Origin: Candidatus Bathyarchaeota archaeon
Lineage (GTDB): Archaea > Thermoproteota > Bathyarchaeia > Bathyarchaeales > Bathycorpusculaceae
NCBI GenBank assembly: GCA_963815095.1
Contig: CAWFFH010000003.1
Span: 864,001-928,000, forward strand
Direction of reading: 5' to 3'
DNA length: 64,000 nt
Shown: positions 1 to 9,722 of the stretch, one piece after another
How positions within the stretch are numbered: position 1 is the first letter of the stretch
Layout of the letters: every line of letters starts with the position of its first letter
Notes under the pieces: generated by a model
Database searches by the model: none
What the model was told of the DNA's origin: nothing
What the model saw: the letters and a program-made list of their open reading frames with translations, nothing else
Position numbers and translations under genes: made by a program

Positions 1-2
1 CC

Positions 3-107
3 TACTCCATTTTTGGCAAACTGTTGGATAAGCTGAAGTTCCAAAAAGCATTCGAGAAAACTATCGAAGAAGGATTAGCAAGGCTGAAAGAAATAACTGA
101 AAAATAA
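3..107 (+). CDS. 3' end of a gene truncated by the window edge, possibly SRPBCC/START-like family
   Basis: Frame 3 reads YSIFGKLLDKLKFQKAFEKTIEEGLARLKEITEK*, an amphipathic C-terminal helix typical of SRPBCC proteins. Confidence 0.45.
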   Translation, partial: YSIFGKLLDKLKFQKAFEKTIEEGLARLKEITEK

Positions 108-164
108 AAGGCACATACCATCTACAATTTTTTTATTGGTAAACGGTAAACGTGAGGAACGACA

Positions 165-512
165 GTGGAAAAAGAACTGATGACAAAGCTCTTAACCAAA
201 AATGGTCTTGCAGTACACGAAGTAGCAGTCTATATGTATCTTGCCCTAAATGGGCCAAAAACAGCAATTGAAATAGCCAATTCCCTAGAAATATACAGAA
301 GAAAAATCTATCGAACTCTCAAAAAACTCTCGCAAATGGAATTTGTAACAAGCACCACAAATTTTCCATCAACGTTTGCCGCTGTCTCCTTCGATAAAGC
401 CTTTGACCAATTTACAAAAGCAAACGCCGATGAAGCAGACCGTCTAGAACAAGAAAAAGAAAAAATTTTAGCATTCTGGAAGAGTAAACTCAATCAACTT
501 ATGGATCGCTAA
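165..512 (+). CDS. TrmB-family HTH transcriptional regulator (HTH only)
   Basis: GL..E..VY.YL...GPKTA.EIA..L.I.R.KIY..LKKL...FV...P..F.AV TrmB wHTH pattern. Confidence 0.8.
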   Translation: MEKELMTKLLTKNGLAVHEVAVYMYLALNGPKTAIEIANSLEIYRRKIYRTLKKLSQMEFVTSTTNFPSTFAAVSFDKAFDQFTKANADEADRLEQEKEKILAFWKSKLNQLMDR

Positions 513-528
513 CTCATTTTTGCTTCTC

Positions 529-2571
529 CTACTTTGGCGGATAAAACTCTATGATAACATCTCTGCCAAAAGCCCCATCAGTGCCAGGTCCAGAATACTT
601 CGACTTAGGATGGAGAAATGTAACAAATGCCTCAAGGATATTGCCTTCAGTTTTTAGCAAGTACCCTGAAGGGATAATCGCACGGTAGGCATTTGTTTTA
701 ATGTCGCCATAGCCTTCAAATTGTAAGCAAGAAGGCGGAATCGCATGTTTCCCGTACAGAAGAGTTATTGGAATTGTCCATCCCACAAACAATGTGTTGC
801 CATGTATGCAGGCTTCAAGCTCATTTTTCTTGATTAATTGAAGGTTCTCTTTGGCTGGGGTTCCTTCGAGTGCTTTTCTCCAAAAATCCATAGACTTAGG
901 ATTGTCTGTTATAACGGCACAGGGAACGAAGGCTTCGCCATCGAGAGTTTTAAGCCAAAGATGTACAATCATCGCATCTTCCGCTCCATAAGTTGAATGC
1001 TTCTCTATATGGTATGTATGGAACAGGGTGACTGGGAGATTGAATTGGCTGGGTGGATGAATAATTGCTTGCCCATTAACGGTATAAAAGGTAACTATGT
1101 CAGTTTCTGCTGGCGCATGTAGGTTTTTTTGGGCATTAATAATTTTTTCTATAACTGATTTCTCAGTCAGATTTTTTGAAGCTTCCAAATCTTCCATCAC
1201 AGTGTGCTTGAGCATTTTTTTGGTTGCCTTGTACACTACATGGTCTGAGGCAGATGCAATAGTGGCACCCGCAATGGAATCCAACGTTATGACTGAGGGT
1301 GCCTGAGCCTTCTTCCACATTTCCTCAAGCATTTTACTGGTTTTACCAACATGCTCAAGTTCACTCGTGTAGAAAATATCTTCAAACCTCGGCGCTTTCT
1401 CGTTATCAACAGAAATTTCAAATTGGAAGAGATACTTGCCATCAACCACGGTGGTTCCCAAGTAACCGTTTGAAACGTGCCTAATTTCTCCATAATTAGA
1501 TAGTTCTTGTACAGTTTCAAAGTTTCTTCTTGTTATGGGGGCCATGATTCTGGTAAATACGCCTGCCTTCTTCCAGGCTACAAGCTCGGCAGCGTGAAGC
1601 TCCATTAAACCGTCCACTGAAGTCACTATGACAATTTCTTTCTTGGCAGAATCTAATGTTTCTGAATACTTTTTGCGCGCAGCTTCCGGGTTTTTGATTA
1701 TGCCCGTCTGGACCGGTGATTTACCTGTCTCTATTTCGGATATTCGCAGATAGATATCGCGTGAATTCTGCCAAAGATCTTCAAAGACCCCTGTGAAGGT
1801 CTGAACTAAAGATTTGCAGTTTGTCCAAAGACAAACATTATCCTCGACGGATAGGTCTTCGATTCGGGGTCGAATAAAAAAGAGTGTCTCATCGTCATCT
1901 TTTATTATTAACTCGGGTGAGAGGGTTGAATGTAAATCGGGGTTTCTGCCCCTGAAGTTGAAGCCTGTTCGAGACATTTTTTTAAGTATGTTTTTGGTAG
2001 GGGTGAGGTTTTTGCTTGAGAACTCTGTTAGGAAACGGAATTGTATCTGTGTTTTAAGTGGGTGTTTGGAGGCGACGTCAAAGAGTCCTTCTTGTTCAGC
2101 TCTTAAGAGGTTCTGTATTGTTGTTATTGCGGAGAGCTGCGTTTTGCTTTCTGTTACCATCTGTGAGATTTTGGCATTTACTTTTTTTCTTCCATCGATT
2201 ACGATAAACTTTTCAACCTGTTGTGGGACTTCTTTTTTGTTTAGGGTTTTCCAGTATGTGAGGACTTCTTGTTTAGTTTTTTCTATTCTTTGGGCTTCGT
2301 TTCGTTTTGCTTGGATTAGCGAGTCGACTATTTCTCCCAGTGGAACAGGTATGTATCGGACGGGGGATTCTAAAGTTGTTTCCACTAATCCTTTGGTTTG
2401 GAGGCTTTTGAGTAAATGGTAGATTTGAGCTTTGTCCTTTTTTGTCTGTCGAGAAATTTCTGTGCCCTTTGAAAGCGGATATCTGGACAGATAGAGGTAG
2501 ATTTCCATCTCAGTCTCTGTTATGTTAAGATTCTTTAACATTTTTTTTAGTTCATCTTCACCCAAAAACAC
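529..2571 (-). CDS. Large TrmB-family regulator: N-terminal HTH, two PLD-like effector domains, unknown C-terminal domain
   Basis: N-term LNITETEMEIYLYL..KG.EIS...QIY..LKSL..KGLV...ESP.RY; two repeats ending FEDLWQNS and LEEMWKKA with IIKDD/VVDGK motifs. Confidence 0.8.
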   Translation of the reverse strand: MFLGEDELKKMLKNLNITETEMEIYLYLSRYPLSKGTEISRQTKKDKAQIYHLLKSLQTKGLVETTLESPVRYIPVPLGEIVDSLIQAKRNEAQRIEKTKQEVLTYWKTLNKKEVPQQVEKFIVIDGRKKVNAKISQMVTESKTQLSAITTIQNLLRAEQEGLFDVASKHPLKTQIQFRFLTEFSSKNLTPTKNILKKMSRTGFNFRGRNPDLHSTLSPELIIKDDDETLFFIRPRIEDLSVEDNVCLWTNCKSLVQTFTGVFEDLWQNSRDIYLRISEIETGKSPVQTGIIKNPEAARKKYSETLDSAKKEIVIVTSVDGLMELHAAELVAWKKAGVFTRIMAPITRRNFETVQELSNYGEIRHVSNGYLGTTVVDGKYLFQFEISVDNEKAPRFEDIFYTSELEHVGKTSKMLEEMWKKAQAPSVITLDSIAGATIASASDHVVYKATKKMLKHTVMEDLEASKNLTEKSVIEKIINAQKNLHAPAETDIVTFYTVNGQAIIHPPSQFNLPVTLFHTYHIEKHSTYGAEDAMIVHLWLKTLDGEAFVPCAVITDNPKSMDFWRKALEGTPAKENLQLIKKNELEACIHGNTLFVGWTIPITLLYGKHAIPPSCLQFEGYGDIKTNAYRAIIPSGYLLKTEGNILEAFVTFLHPKSKYSGPGTDGAFGRDVIIEFYPPK

Positions 2572-2587
2572 TGCCCCCTGACCTAGG

Positions 2588-2605
2588 GTGACATCGATTT
2601 GTCAC
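2588..2605. promoter_or_regulatory. Palindromic candidate operator upstream of the large TrmB gene
   Basis: GTGACA-TCGATT-TGTCAC perfect 6-bp inverted repeat 17-34 bp upstream of the start. Confidence 0.4.
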
Positions 2606-2762
2606 AGTAATTCCAATTTAAATCAAAGAACTATATTTTGTATTCGCAAAATCAAAATTAAAAAATGAAACTTTCACAAACGTAAAACGGCATCTTTGCT
2701 TAAAAAATGTTCAAAAAGCTTTTCAGCTAACAAACACATCGATAATTCTAAGGAGAGTTGAG

Positions 2763-2984
2763 TTGGAATCTATGCCTGCTCCCACTGTAAAAGATGGCAA
2801 ATGGTCTAAAGAACGTGAAAGAACAAAATCTGGAAGATGGCGAAAAAAACGTTCTGACGCAAATCAACCCAGACAGAAAAAATCGAACCGAAAGTACGCT
2901 ATCGCTATCGTAGCCGCAGGCATAATCGTCGTAGCCTTAATTGTGATTTACTTTTATTTCCCTAACCTGCTAAAATTGCAATAG
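2763..2984 (+). CDS. Small basic protein with a C-terminal transmembrane anchor
   Basis: GGAG RBS; Arg/Lys-rich N-terminus (RERTKSGRWRKKRSDA) then hydrophobic AIAIVAAGIIVVALIVIYFYF. Confidence 0.6.
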   Translation: MESMPAPTVKDGKWSKERERTKSGRWRKKRSDANQPRQKKSNRKYAIAIVAAGIIVVALIVIYFYFPNLLKLQ

Positions 2985-3321
2985 CAAACTGAACAATAAA
3001 TAACGATTCACGCGTGTTTTTTATTTTTTAATAGTTCGTAGGAGGTAAGTTCGGTAAGTCTCAGCCTTATTTGCAAAAAAGTTTGTTGATGCGTTATTTT
3101 CAGGCTTATTCAAATCAATTTTGCTCTCTTATTCATTGCAGTTTGAACCCAATTGGGTACAAATCCCGCCCGATCTATAATTTACGGTAAGTGTAAGCCT
3201 TGGAATTCAGGCGAATAGAATTCCAATTTGGTTAAAAAGAAAACAAAGCCAAAAAGTTCCTTGCGCTCTGAATATTTTTTACGATGGTCAGTACATTGAT
3301 ATGTACCAATATTTGAATTGA

Positions 3322-3579
3322 CTATAAATGGTCACCAAACCATTTTATAAACCATTTTTCTCTTGCTAATGTTCTCTCGTTCATAGCTTCACAGGTTGCT
3401 TTCCAATCAGGGTTTTCATATTCCGTATTAACCCATTTTTCTGTGAAAGGCGGCATTTCTTTTTTGACTTCATCTAAAATCTGTTTTATCTTAGCATTTG
3501 CAAGTTCAGGAGTACTGTACCCTTTATAAGATAATTGTTCAATTGGAATTAATTCTTCATAAAGTCTGCCTTTGCTCAT
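3322..3579 (-). CDS. Hypothetical protein (85 aa)
   Basis: ATG preceded by GAGG; no recognisable motif; AT-rich accessory context. Confidence 0.5.
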   Translation of the reverse strand: MSKGRLYEELIPIEQLSYKGYSTPELANAKIKQILDEVKKEMPPFTEKWVNTEYENPDWKATCEAMNERTLAREKWFIKWFGDHL

Positions 3580-4150
3580 ATTTTTGCGCCTCTTTTCCCT
3601 TATCTGTTTAAAATGATTTTAAGCATTTGTATTTATTCTTGCTCTATATCCACAGTCTTTCGAATGCCCTTTACTGGTATCCAAATGTAAATTAGGTAAT
3701 GCACAAAAATTTTTACGTGCTTAAACACAGATCGTGAAGATTTGGCAGAAGGGTCGAGAAAGCCTTTTAACAGTTTCTTTTGAGGCTCTGATTTTTCCTA
3801 AACTGCCGTTTTGCGCTGGCTTATCCCTAAATGTGTTATTTTTTGGTTCATGAGTCTATCTTGTGGTTTCTGTGAACCAGAGTTAGTTCGGACTGCATTT
3901 GCAGCGAAGGTTAATGTTATAAGTCAATTTGTAGTCGCAAAAGAAAGGAACTTTTACAACAGCAGGTTTGATATCGACCCACTATAATTCTAAACTCACA
4001 CAAGTTTTCCGAAATATTATAAATGCTACTTTTTTTAGTGATGTTACTCTTTTATTTATTTTAGACCTAACGCCCTTACACATAGATTAACCTGTTAACT
4101 ATGACCAATAATCCCGAATGAAAACTACGATCTTTTTTCAGGTCGGCAAA

Positions 4151-5029
4151 TTAGATTTTAAATAGTGATTCGCTGACTAATCTGGCGATATCATTTGGCT
4201 TCTCAGCAATCTTAACTCCAGCGGTTAAAAACGCTTCAATTTTGCTGTGTGCAGTACCTTGCTTACCCGTAATTATTGCTCCTGCATGTCCCATTCGTTT
4301 GCCAATTGGCGCAAATTTGCCAGCCACATAAGCTACAACAGGCTTAGGATAATGATTTTTAGCCAAGTATTCTGCGGTTTGCTCTTCCATATTGCCGCCG
4401 ATTTCGCCAATTAAAACCACAGCTTTTGTCTTTGCATCTTCTTTGAAAAGTTTCAATGCATCAATAAAATTCAAGCCAACCACAGGATCTCCCCCCACGC
4501 CAAAGCAGGTTGACTCTCCCAAACCTTTGACTTTTAGGCCAGCAGCTATTTCATAGGCTAAGGTGCCGCTTCTAGAGACCAAACCAACATCGCCTGGGCT
4601 AAAAATGTCGGAAGGCATTATGCCAAGTTTACACTCTGCGGGCGTAATGATTCCAGGCGTGTTTGGACCAATAATAGAAATGTTCGATTGAGCCGCGTTG
4701 GCGAGTATGTTTATTGAATCTTTTATTGGAATATGCTCAGTGATTACGACAATAGTTTTGATTTTGTTTGCAGTAGCTTCCAGTACTGCATCTTGAGTAT
4801 TTTTTGCAGGAACAAAAACGATCGAGGCATCAGGCGAATATGAATCAACTGCCTCTTCCACTGTATCGAAAACTGGCAGTCCCTCAATTGTATTCCCTCC
4901 CTTTCCGGGAGAGACGCCTGCTAATATTTTCGTGCCATAATCGAGCATTAGTTTAGTTTGGTAACTGCCTTGTTTTCCAGTGACTCCTTGAACAATTGCT
5001 CTTGTGCTTGCACCAATTAGAATTCCCAT
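4151..5029 (-). CDS. sucD: Succinyl-CoA synthetase alpha subunit
   Basis: VQGVTGKQG, IGPNTPG, SRSGTL, GGDP, RMGHAGA phospho-His motif. Confidence 0.96.
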   Translation of the reverse strand: MGILIGASTRAIVQGVTGKQGSYQTKLMLDYGTKILAGVSPGKGGNTIEGLPVFDTVEEAVDSYSPDASIVFVPAKNTQDAVLEATANKIKTIVVITEHIPIKDSINILANAAQSNISIIGPNTPGIITPAECKLGIMPSDIFSPGDVGLVSRSGTLAYEIAAGLKVKGLGESTCFGVGGDPVVGLNFIDALKLFKEDAKTKAVVLIGEIGGNMEEQTAEYLAKNHYPKPVVAYVAGKFAPIGKRMGHAGAIITGKQGTAHSKIEAFLTAGVKIAEKPNDIARLVSESLFKI

Positions 5030-6177
5030 TACTGTTTTGCTCCTTCCGCAAACTTTACCGCCTGTTTAGCTGCTTCTTCCATGCTATCCAAAGAAGTTAT
5101 TCCTGCGTCGGCGAGAATTTTTAGACCTTCCTTTTCGTTTGTTCCAACAAGCCTAACTGCCAAAGGCTTTTTGACCTTGACATCTTTGACGGCTTCAATT
5201 ATGCCTCTTGCAACCTCTTCACAACGAGTTATTCCGCCCAACACATTAACCAGTACAGATTTGGAATCTGGATCTTCAAGGACAATTCGAAGGGCAACTC
5301 TGATAGCTTCCACGTCTGCGCCGCCGCCGATATCTAAAAAATCTGCTGGTTTGCCTCCATAGTAATTTAGCAAATCAAGAGTTGCCATTACCAAGCCCGC
5401 GCCATTGCCAACTACGCCTATGTTACCGTCAAGTTTGACATAAGCCACCTTGTTCTTTAAAGCCAAAGTCTCCATCGACGAGAGCGCTTGAGGTTCTTTA
5501 AGCTCGTATTCGGGATGCCTAAAGAGGGCGTTGTCATCGATTATCATTCGAGCATCGGCAGCCACAAAACTCGTCGTCTCTGTCTCTATTAAGGGATTGA
5601 TTTCAGCCATTTCAGCATCGTTTTCTATGGCAGCTTGGTATAGTTTCTGTATGATACTTGATAATTCCGCAAGTTGATCGCCGCCATAACCTAATTTTTT
5701 CGCAATCGATAATGCATCAAAGGAACGAAATCCGGATTGAGCATCAACAGGGGCGCGGACGATGGCTTGCGGAGTTTTTTCTGATAATTCCTCAATATCC
5801 ATGCCACCCCTTTTAGAAGCTAACATAACATAGCAACGGTTGAATCTATCAACAGTAAAACCTGCGTACAGTTCTTTTTTGGCTGCAAGTTTTTCTTCTA
5901 TTAACACTTTCATAACGAGAACATTCTTTATTTTGGTTTCTAGAAGTCGGGTTACAGCATCTTGCGCATCATGGATTGAGTTGGCAGGAATTATCCCACC
6001 TGCTTTTCCTCTTCCGCTGACAGGAACCTGAGCCTTAATCATGTAAGGAGGCTTTAAGTTATTCAAAGCTGAAACGGTCTGATTGGAGTCAGAGATTAGA
6101 ATTCCCTTTGGAATCGGAATCCCATAATTATGCAGAATTTGCTTTGCTTCAAACTCACTTAAGTTCAAAATTATCAA
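5029..6177 (-). CDS. sucC: Succinyl-CoA synthetase beta subunit
   Basis: EFEAKQIL..YGIP, KAQV...GRGKAGG, EINPL, DDNALFRH, GNGAGLVMATLD. Confidence 0.96.
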   Translation of the reverse strand: MIILNLSEFEAKQILHNYGIPIPKGILISDSNQTVSALNNLKPPYMIKAQVPVSGRGKAGGIIPANSIHDAQDAVTRLLETKIKNVLVMKVLIEEKLAAKKELYAGFTVDRFNRCYVMLASKRGGMDIEELSEKTPQAIVRAPVDAQSGFRSFDALSIAKKLGYGGDQLAELSSIIQKLYQAAIENDAEMAEINPLIETETTSFVAADARMIIDDNALFRHPEYELKEPQALSSMETLALKNKVAYVKLDGNIGVVGNGAGLVMATLDLLNYYGGKPADFLDIGGGADVEAIRVALRIVLEDPDSKSVLVNVLGGITRCEEVARGIIEAVKDVKVKKPLAVRLVGTNEKEGLKILADAGITSLDSMEEAAKQAVKFAEGAKQ

Positions 6178-6313
6178 TAATACTTTACAGTTTGGAAGAT
6201 AAGAATTTTTTTGGTTTAGCTGGCATGTTCCCGGGAGCGTTAATTCAACCGGATGGTAACTCTACGCTTATCAGATTGAAATTCATATAAACACAATTCA
6301 ATCAGATAAAAAA

Positions 6314-7099
6314 ATGAGTTGCAAAGAAAAAATGTATGTTTCCCAAATCAGGAGTACATCAGATGTCGATTTCGTGTTCCCTGCTGATTTTTCTTTCTTT
6401 GAACCTTATCTTAATTATCATATCAAAGAGATTCTTGAAATAGGCGGCGAAGCCTATGTGTCCCGAACCTCTGATGGTACTATTTCAGGTATTTTCATAT
6501 ACGACGACTTTGAGAAAGGAGGAACAATTTATTCAAAGTCACAAGAAGTTTTTGACTATTTTTATGGCTTAAAACAGTTCAATTTTCTCTTCTCAGAGCT
6601 GAAAACTGAACTCGAAAATGAAATCTATGACCTCTATACGGTAGATATTGAACATCTTGCCCTTGCTCATCGATTCAGCTATGAAATTTCAACGATAGAC
6701 AAGGGGCGCGAAGAAGAGATTGAGCGATTCATGGTTTTAACCCATCCAGGAATAAACAAGAAGTGGGTGAATGTTGCACTGAAAAACGGAGAAAAATGTT
6801 ACATTGTTAGGCTAAACAACGAAATTGCTGGGTTGGGTTGGGTCTCACTTGTCAATGGTATTGGAAGACTGCACTCGCTTTATGTGAAACCTCAATATCG
6901 AAGAATAGGCATGGGAGAAGATATCCTCAATGCGCGACTTCTCTGGCTCAAGTCAAACCATGCCCGTTCAGCATTCACTGAAATTTCATGCTATAACATC
7001 CCGTCTTCAAATAATGTCATGAAAGCGCAAATGAAGTTGTCTGGACAGGTTTACCAATATTTTAAAAAGAAACAAACAAAAAAGATTGATAATGTCTAG
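6314..7099 (+). CDS. GNAT N-acetyltransferase with an extra N-terminal domain
   Basis: C-terminal LHSLYVKPQYRRIGMG acetyl-CoA-binding motif A; N..S motif B. Confidence 0.85.
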   Translation: MSCKEKMYVSQIRSTSDVDFVFPADFSFFEPYLNYHIKEILEIGGEAYVSRTSDGTISGIFIYDDFEKGGTIYSKSQEVFDYFYGLKQFNFLFSELKTELENEIYDLYTVDIEHLALAHRFSYEISTIDKGREEEIERFMVLTHPGINKKWVNVALKNGEKCYIVRLNNEIAGLGWVSLVNGIGRLHSLYVKPQYRRIGMGEDILNARLLWLKSNHARSAFTEISCYNIPSSNNVMKAQMKLSGQVYQYFKKKQTKKIDNV

Positions 7100-8160
7100 G
7101 TTCTTGGTGCTCCGCAAATTGGACAGGTCTCAACTGTTGAATCTATTAGAGCTCCACAGTAGCGGCACTTAACCTTCACAACTTCCTTAATCACAATCTG
7201 CTGCACTGGCGGTTGCTTAGGAGTCAGATTGAAATTCTCTGGAGGAGGTCCTGGCGGAGGAGGCATCTGTTGGTAGGGATGTTGGGGAAGCGTTTTTCTT
7301 CCACTTCTTGAAATTGCCAAAATCAGAACTACGATAAAAACAACTGCTACGAGGAATATGGCTGCTCCGACAATGTAAGCAAGATTGGGAATTAGAATGG
7401 GTGTGGTTATTGTGATGCTTGCGGCTGGTGTGGGTGTTTCTACGTTTGTACTATTTGGGGAAGCAGCAGTTAATTGATAGCTAGTTGAAGTCACATACAG
7501 GTTTTCGGTGTAAGTGAACCCTGTTCCTGAAGGAGTGGTATCGTGTTCGTCATAGGTATATCCAACGATATATCCTGTGGATGGATCAAAGTAGACTTTC
7601 CATGTATAGGTGGCACTGAATTGTCCGTATATATCATTTCGCTCGTAACTCGACTGCCCTTGAGCAAAGATCACATTCACATTTCTGGTCTGAGAGGGCA
7701 AATAGTAGCTGTAATTTGTGGATATGACTGTCATCTCTGTGTTCAAAAGAGAAAAAGTACCGCCTACCGTGATTGAGTTATCCATAACGAACCAAACAGT
7801 CGGGTTAACATATCCAGTCTGATCATCAGTGCCGTTAACATAAAGAAAAGTTGTCGGTGAAAAGGTGAAGTCTCCAGACGGATTCCCAGTTTCTGTAGTA
7901 CCTGAGCTGTTACTCCATGAATAGGAATAACTATAGTGCGCAGATACAGTTCCATCGGTATTGACGCCATTTATTGTTTCTACTCCGTTATACGTAGCAT
8001 GTTCGGTGTAACCAGTGTAATCGCCGGTGCCGCTTCCAAGATCTGTAACTTCATAATAGCTGAAGTGATCTTCGACATGGGGGACATAAGCTGAGGCTAC
8101 AGGAGCGACAAAAAGACCTATGAACAGTAAAATTATAGCAAAAAAGTACTTTGAATTCAT
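7096..8160 (-). CDS. Type I membrane protein: signal peptide, beta-rich extracellular domain, TM, Pro-rich linker, C-terminal zinc ribbon
   Basis: Hydrophobic N-terminus ending ASA; Y/T/S/G-rich ectodomain; TM LAYIVGAAIFLVAVVFIVVLILAI; PPPPGPPP; CRYC..CPIC. Confidence 0.8.
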   Translation of the reverse strand: MNSKYFFAIILLFIGLFVAPVASAYVPHVEDHFSYYEVTDLGSGTGDYTGYTEHATYNGVETINGVNTDGTVSAHYSYSYSWSNSSGTTETGNPSGDFTFSPTTFLYVNGTDDQTGYVNPTVWFVMDNSITVGGTFSLLNTEMTVISTNYSYYLPSQTRNVNVIFAQGQSSYERNDIYGQFSATYTWKVYFDPSTGYIVGYTYDEHDTTPSGTGFTYTENLYVTSTSYQLTAASPNSTNVETPTPAASITITTPILIPNLAYIVGAAIFLVAVVFIVVLILAISRSGRKTLPQHPYQQMPPPPGPPPENFNLTPKQPPVQQIVIKEVVKVKCRYCGALIDSTVETCPICGAPRT

Positions 8161-9722
8161 CCCATGAAACCTCCTACACCATGAACATGGGCAGGATGAT
8201 ACCCGCCGATGCCGCTAAATGTTGAATGGTAAGATGAATGCGCAATGATCAAAGGCGCATAGTAGAAGAAGAATACGTTTCTTGGGACATAAGTGAACTG
8301 CACTGGAGTCTTCACAATAGTTGCGGTTGGATCAAGTTGCTTGACGAGTTCATTTCTTATTCCATGAATCATCCTAACTGCAAGACTTACCACTTCCGAT
8401 CGTTCAAGATCTCTAACATAAGATCCCAACAAAAAAGAGGCCTTTTCCATCAAATCAAGAATCTCATTAGCTTCAAGAGTTGAAATTGAAGCAAGTATTG
8501 CAGAAGCCACAAGAGGATACTCCAGATAATTTCTAAGCCCACTCTCAATTATTGTTAACTTCGACCTCACATTTTCTGGTCCCAAATCTGAAATCGCTAA
8601 ATAAGCTGAAGCAAGTTCGGTATCTTCTGATACCTCGAACCCCCAGGAATTGAAAAGCAATCGGAATGATTGGAACCTGCTAGCCAACTGGTCCATAGGT
8701 ACATTAAAAATAGCGAGTATTGCAGCTGACTCATACGAAGAAGTCATTTTGGAAAACTCCCCAAATCGGTCCGTTGGAAAAGTCCCATCATATCTACGCC
8801 CAAACAAGATAGTAGCAGCAACGCCTGCTGAAAGCGGATTTGGAACGTGCGCATCATGCCTAAGCTGGTGATCTAGTTTAGTTAAAGTTTCCGACAAGTT
8901 CTGAAGATCAGAATTTGTCGCTGTTTGAGAGGGATCTGCCCTAGATGAAGCCATAATTTCGCCTGCCATCATCTTATTTTCAAGAGTGCAATCAAAATGC
9001 TTGAGAAGATCGAGTGCAAAAAGAAATCTTTGACCAATTTGATTTGGGTCACCTTGAAGCTTAGCCAAACCTATCGATACGCTCCAGAGCTGAGAAAGAT
9101 CCATTTCTGGGAAACTAACTTTCAAATTAGATACATGATAGCTGCTTATCTCCGCTATGGACCGCAATTCGCCGAACGTACCCTGTATTTCTTCAACAAA
9201 TTCGGAAAATTCCTCATCAGAAACCCTGTAATTTCTCACGATAAGATCGTTTAGAATCATTACTCCAATACCAGTGAGGGACAAATATTTTCCGTCATAT
9301 GGTACCATCCTGTCAAGTTTCGATTTCTTTTTAATTAGCTCGTTAATCGCGTTTTCCCTTCCAATTACCTCAGCTTCCATTTTTGAGACTAGAATTTTTT
9401 CGCTTTCTACTTTATTCCTTTCATCTTCTTTCTTCTCTTTGTCTTCAAAAAGAAATGTTATTGAATGGGTTTTTTTCTCATCTTCTTGTAGAGCTGCCTT
9501 TGCGCTTCTGTCAGCGTTCTGAGCATTTACTAAATCTGTAGTCATCTGGGTCAAGTTTGAAAGTTCAGCAGCTGCATGATCATACTCTTCTTTTTCCATT
9601 ACAGAAAGATACTCTTTGCTGCTGAGAAAATCCAGGTCGGAAGATTGAATTTGCATCGAAACGGATTTTTGAGAAATTTGAGATAAGAACATCCTTATGT
9701 CGTTGCATTTCATTTCAATCAT
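8157..9722 (-). CDS. Hypothetical protein: coiled coil, helical repeats, Gly/His-rich C-terminal tail
   Basis: ORF with ATGA overlaps on both sides; charged heptad segment at about aa 45-135; repeated S.ESAAILA / ELASAYLA / PLVASAILA helices; tail SYHSTFSGIGGYHPAHVHGVGGFMG. Confidence 0.75.
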   Translation of the reverse strand: MIEMKCNDIRMFLSQISQKSVSMQIQSSDLDFLSSKEYLSVMEKEEYDHAAAELSNLTQMTTDLVNAQNADRSAKAALQEDEKKTHSITFLFEDKEKKEDERNKVESEKILVSKMEAEVIGRENAINELIKKKSKLDRMVPYDGKYLSLTGIGVMILNDLIVRNYRVSDEEFSEFVEEIQGTFGELRSIAEISSYHVSNLKVSFPEMDLSQLWSVSIGLAKLQGDPNQIGQRFLFALDLLKHFDCTLENKMMAGEIMASSRADPSQTATNSDLQNLSETLTKLDHQLRHDAHVPNPLSAGVAATILFGRRYDGTFPTDRFGEFSKMTSSYESAAILAIFNVPMDQLASRFQSFRLLFNSWGFEVSEDTELASAYLAISDLGPENVRSKLTIIESGLRNYLEYPLVASAILASISTLEANEILDLMEKASFLLGSYVRDLERSEVVSLAVRMIHGIRNELVKQLDPTATIVKTPVQFTYVPRNVFFFYYAPLIIAHSSYHSTFSGIGGYHPAHVHGVGGFMG

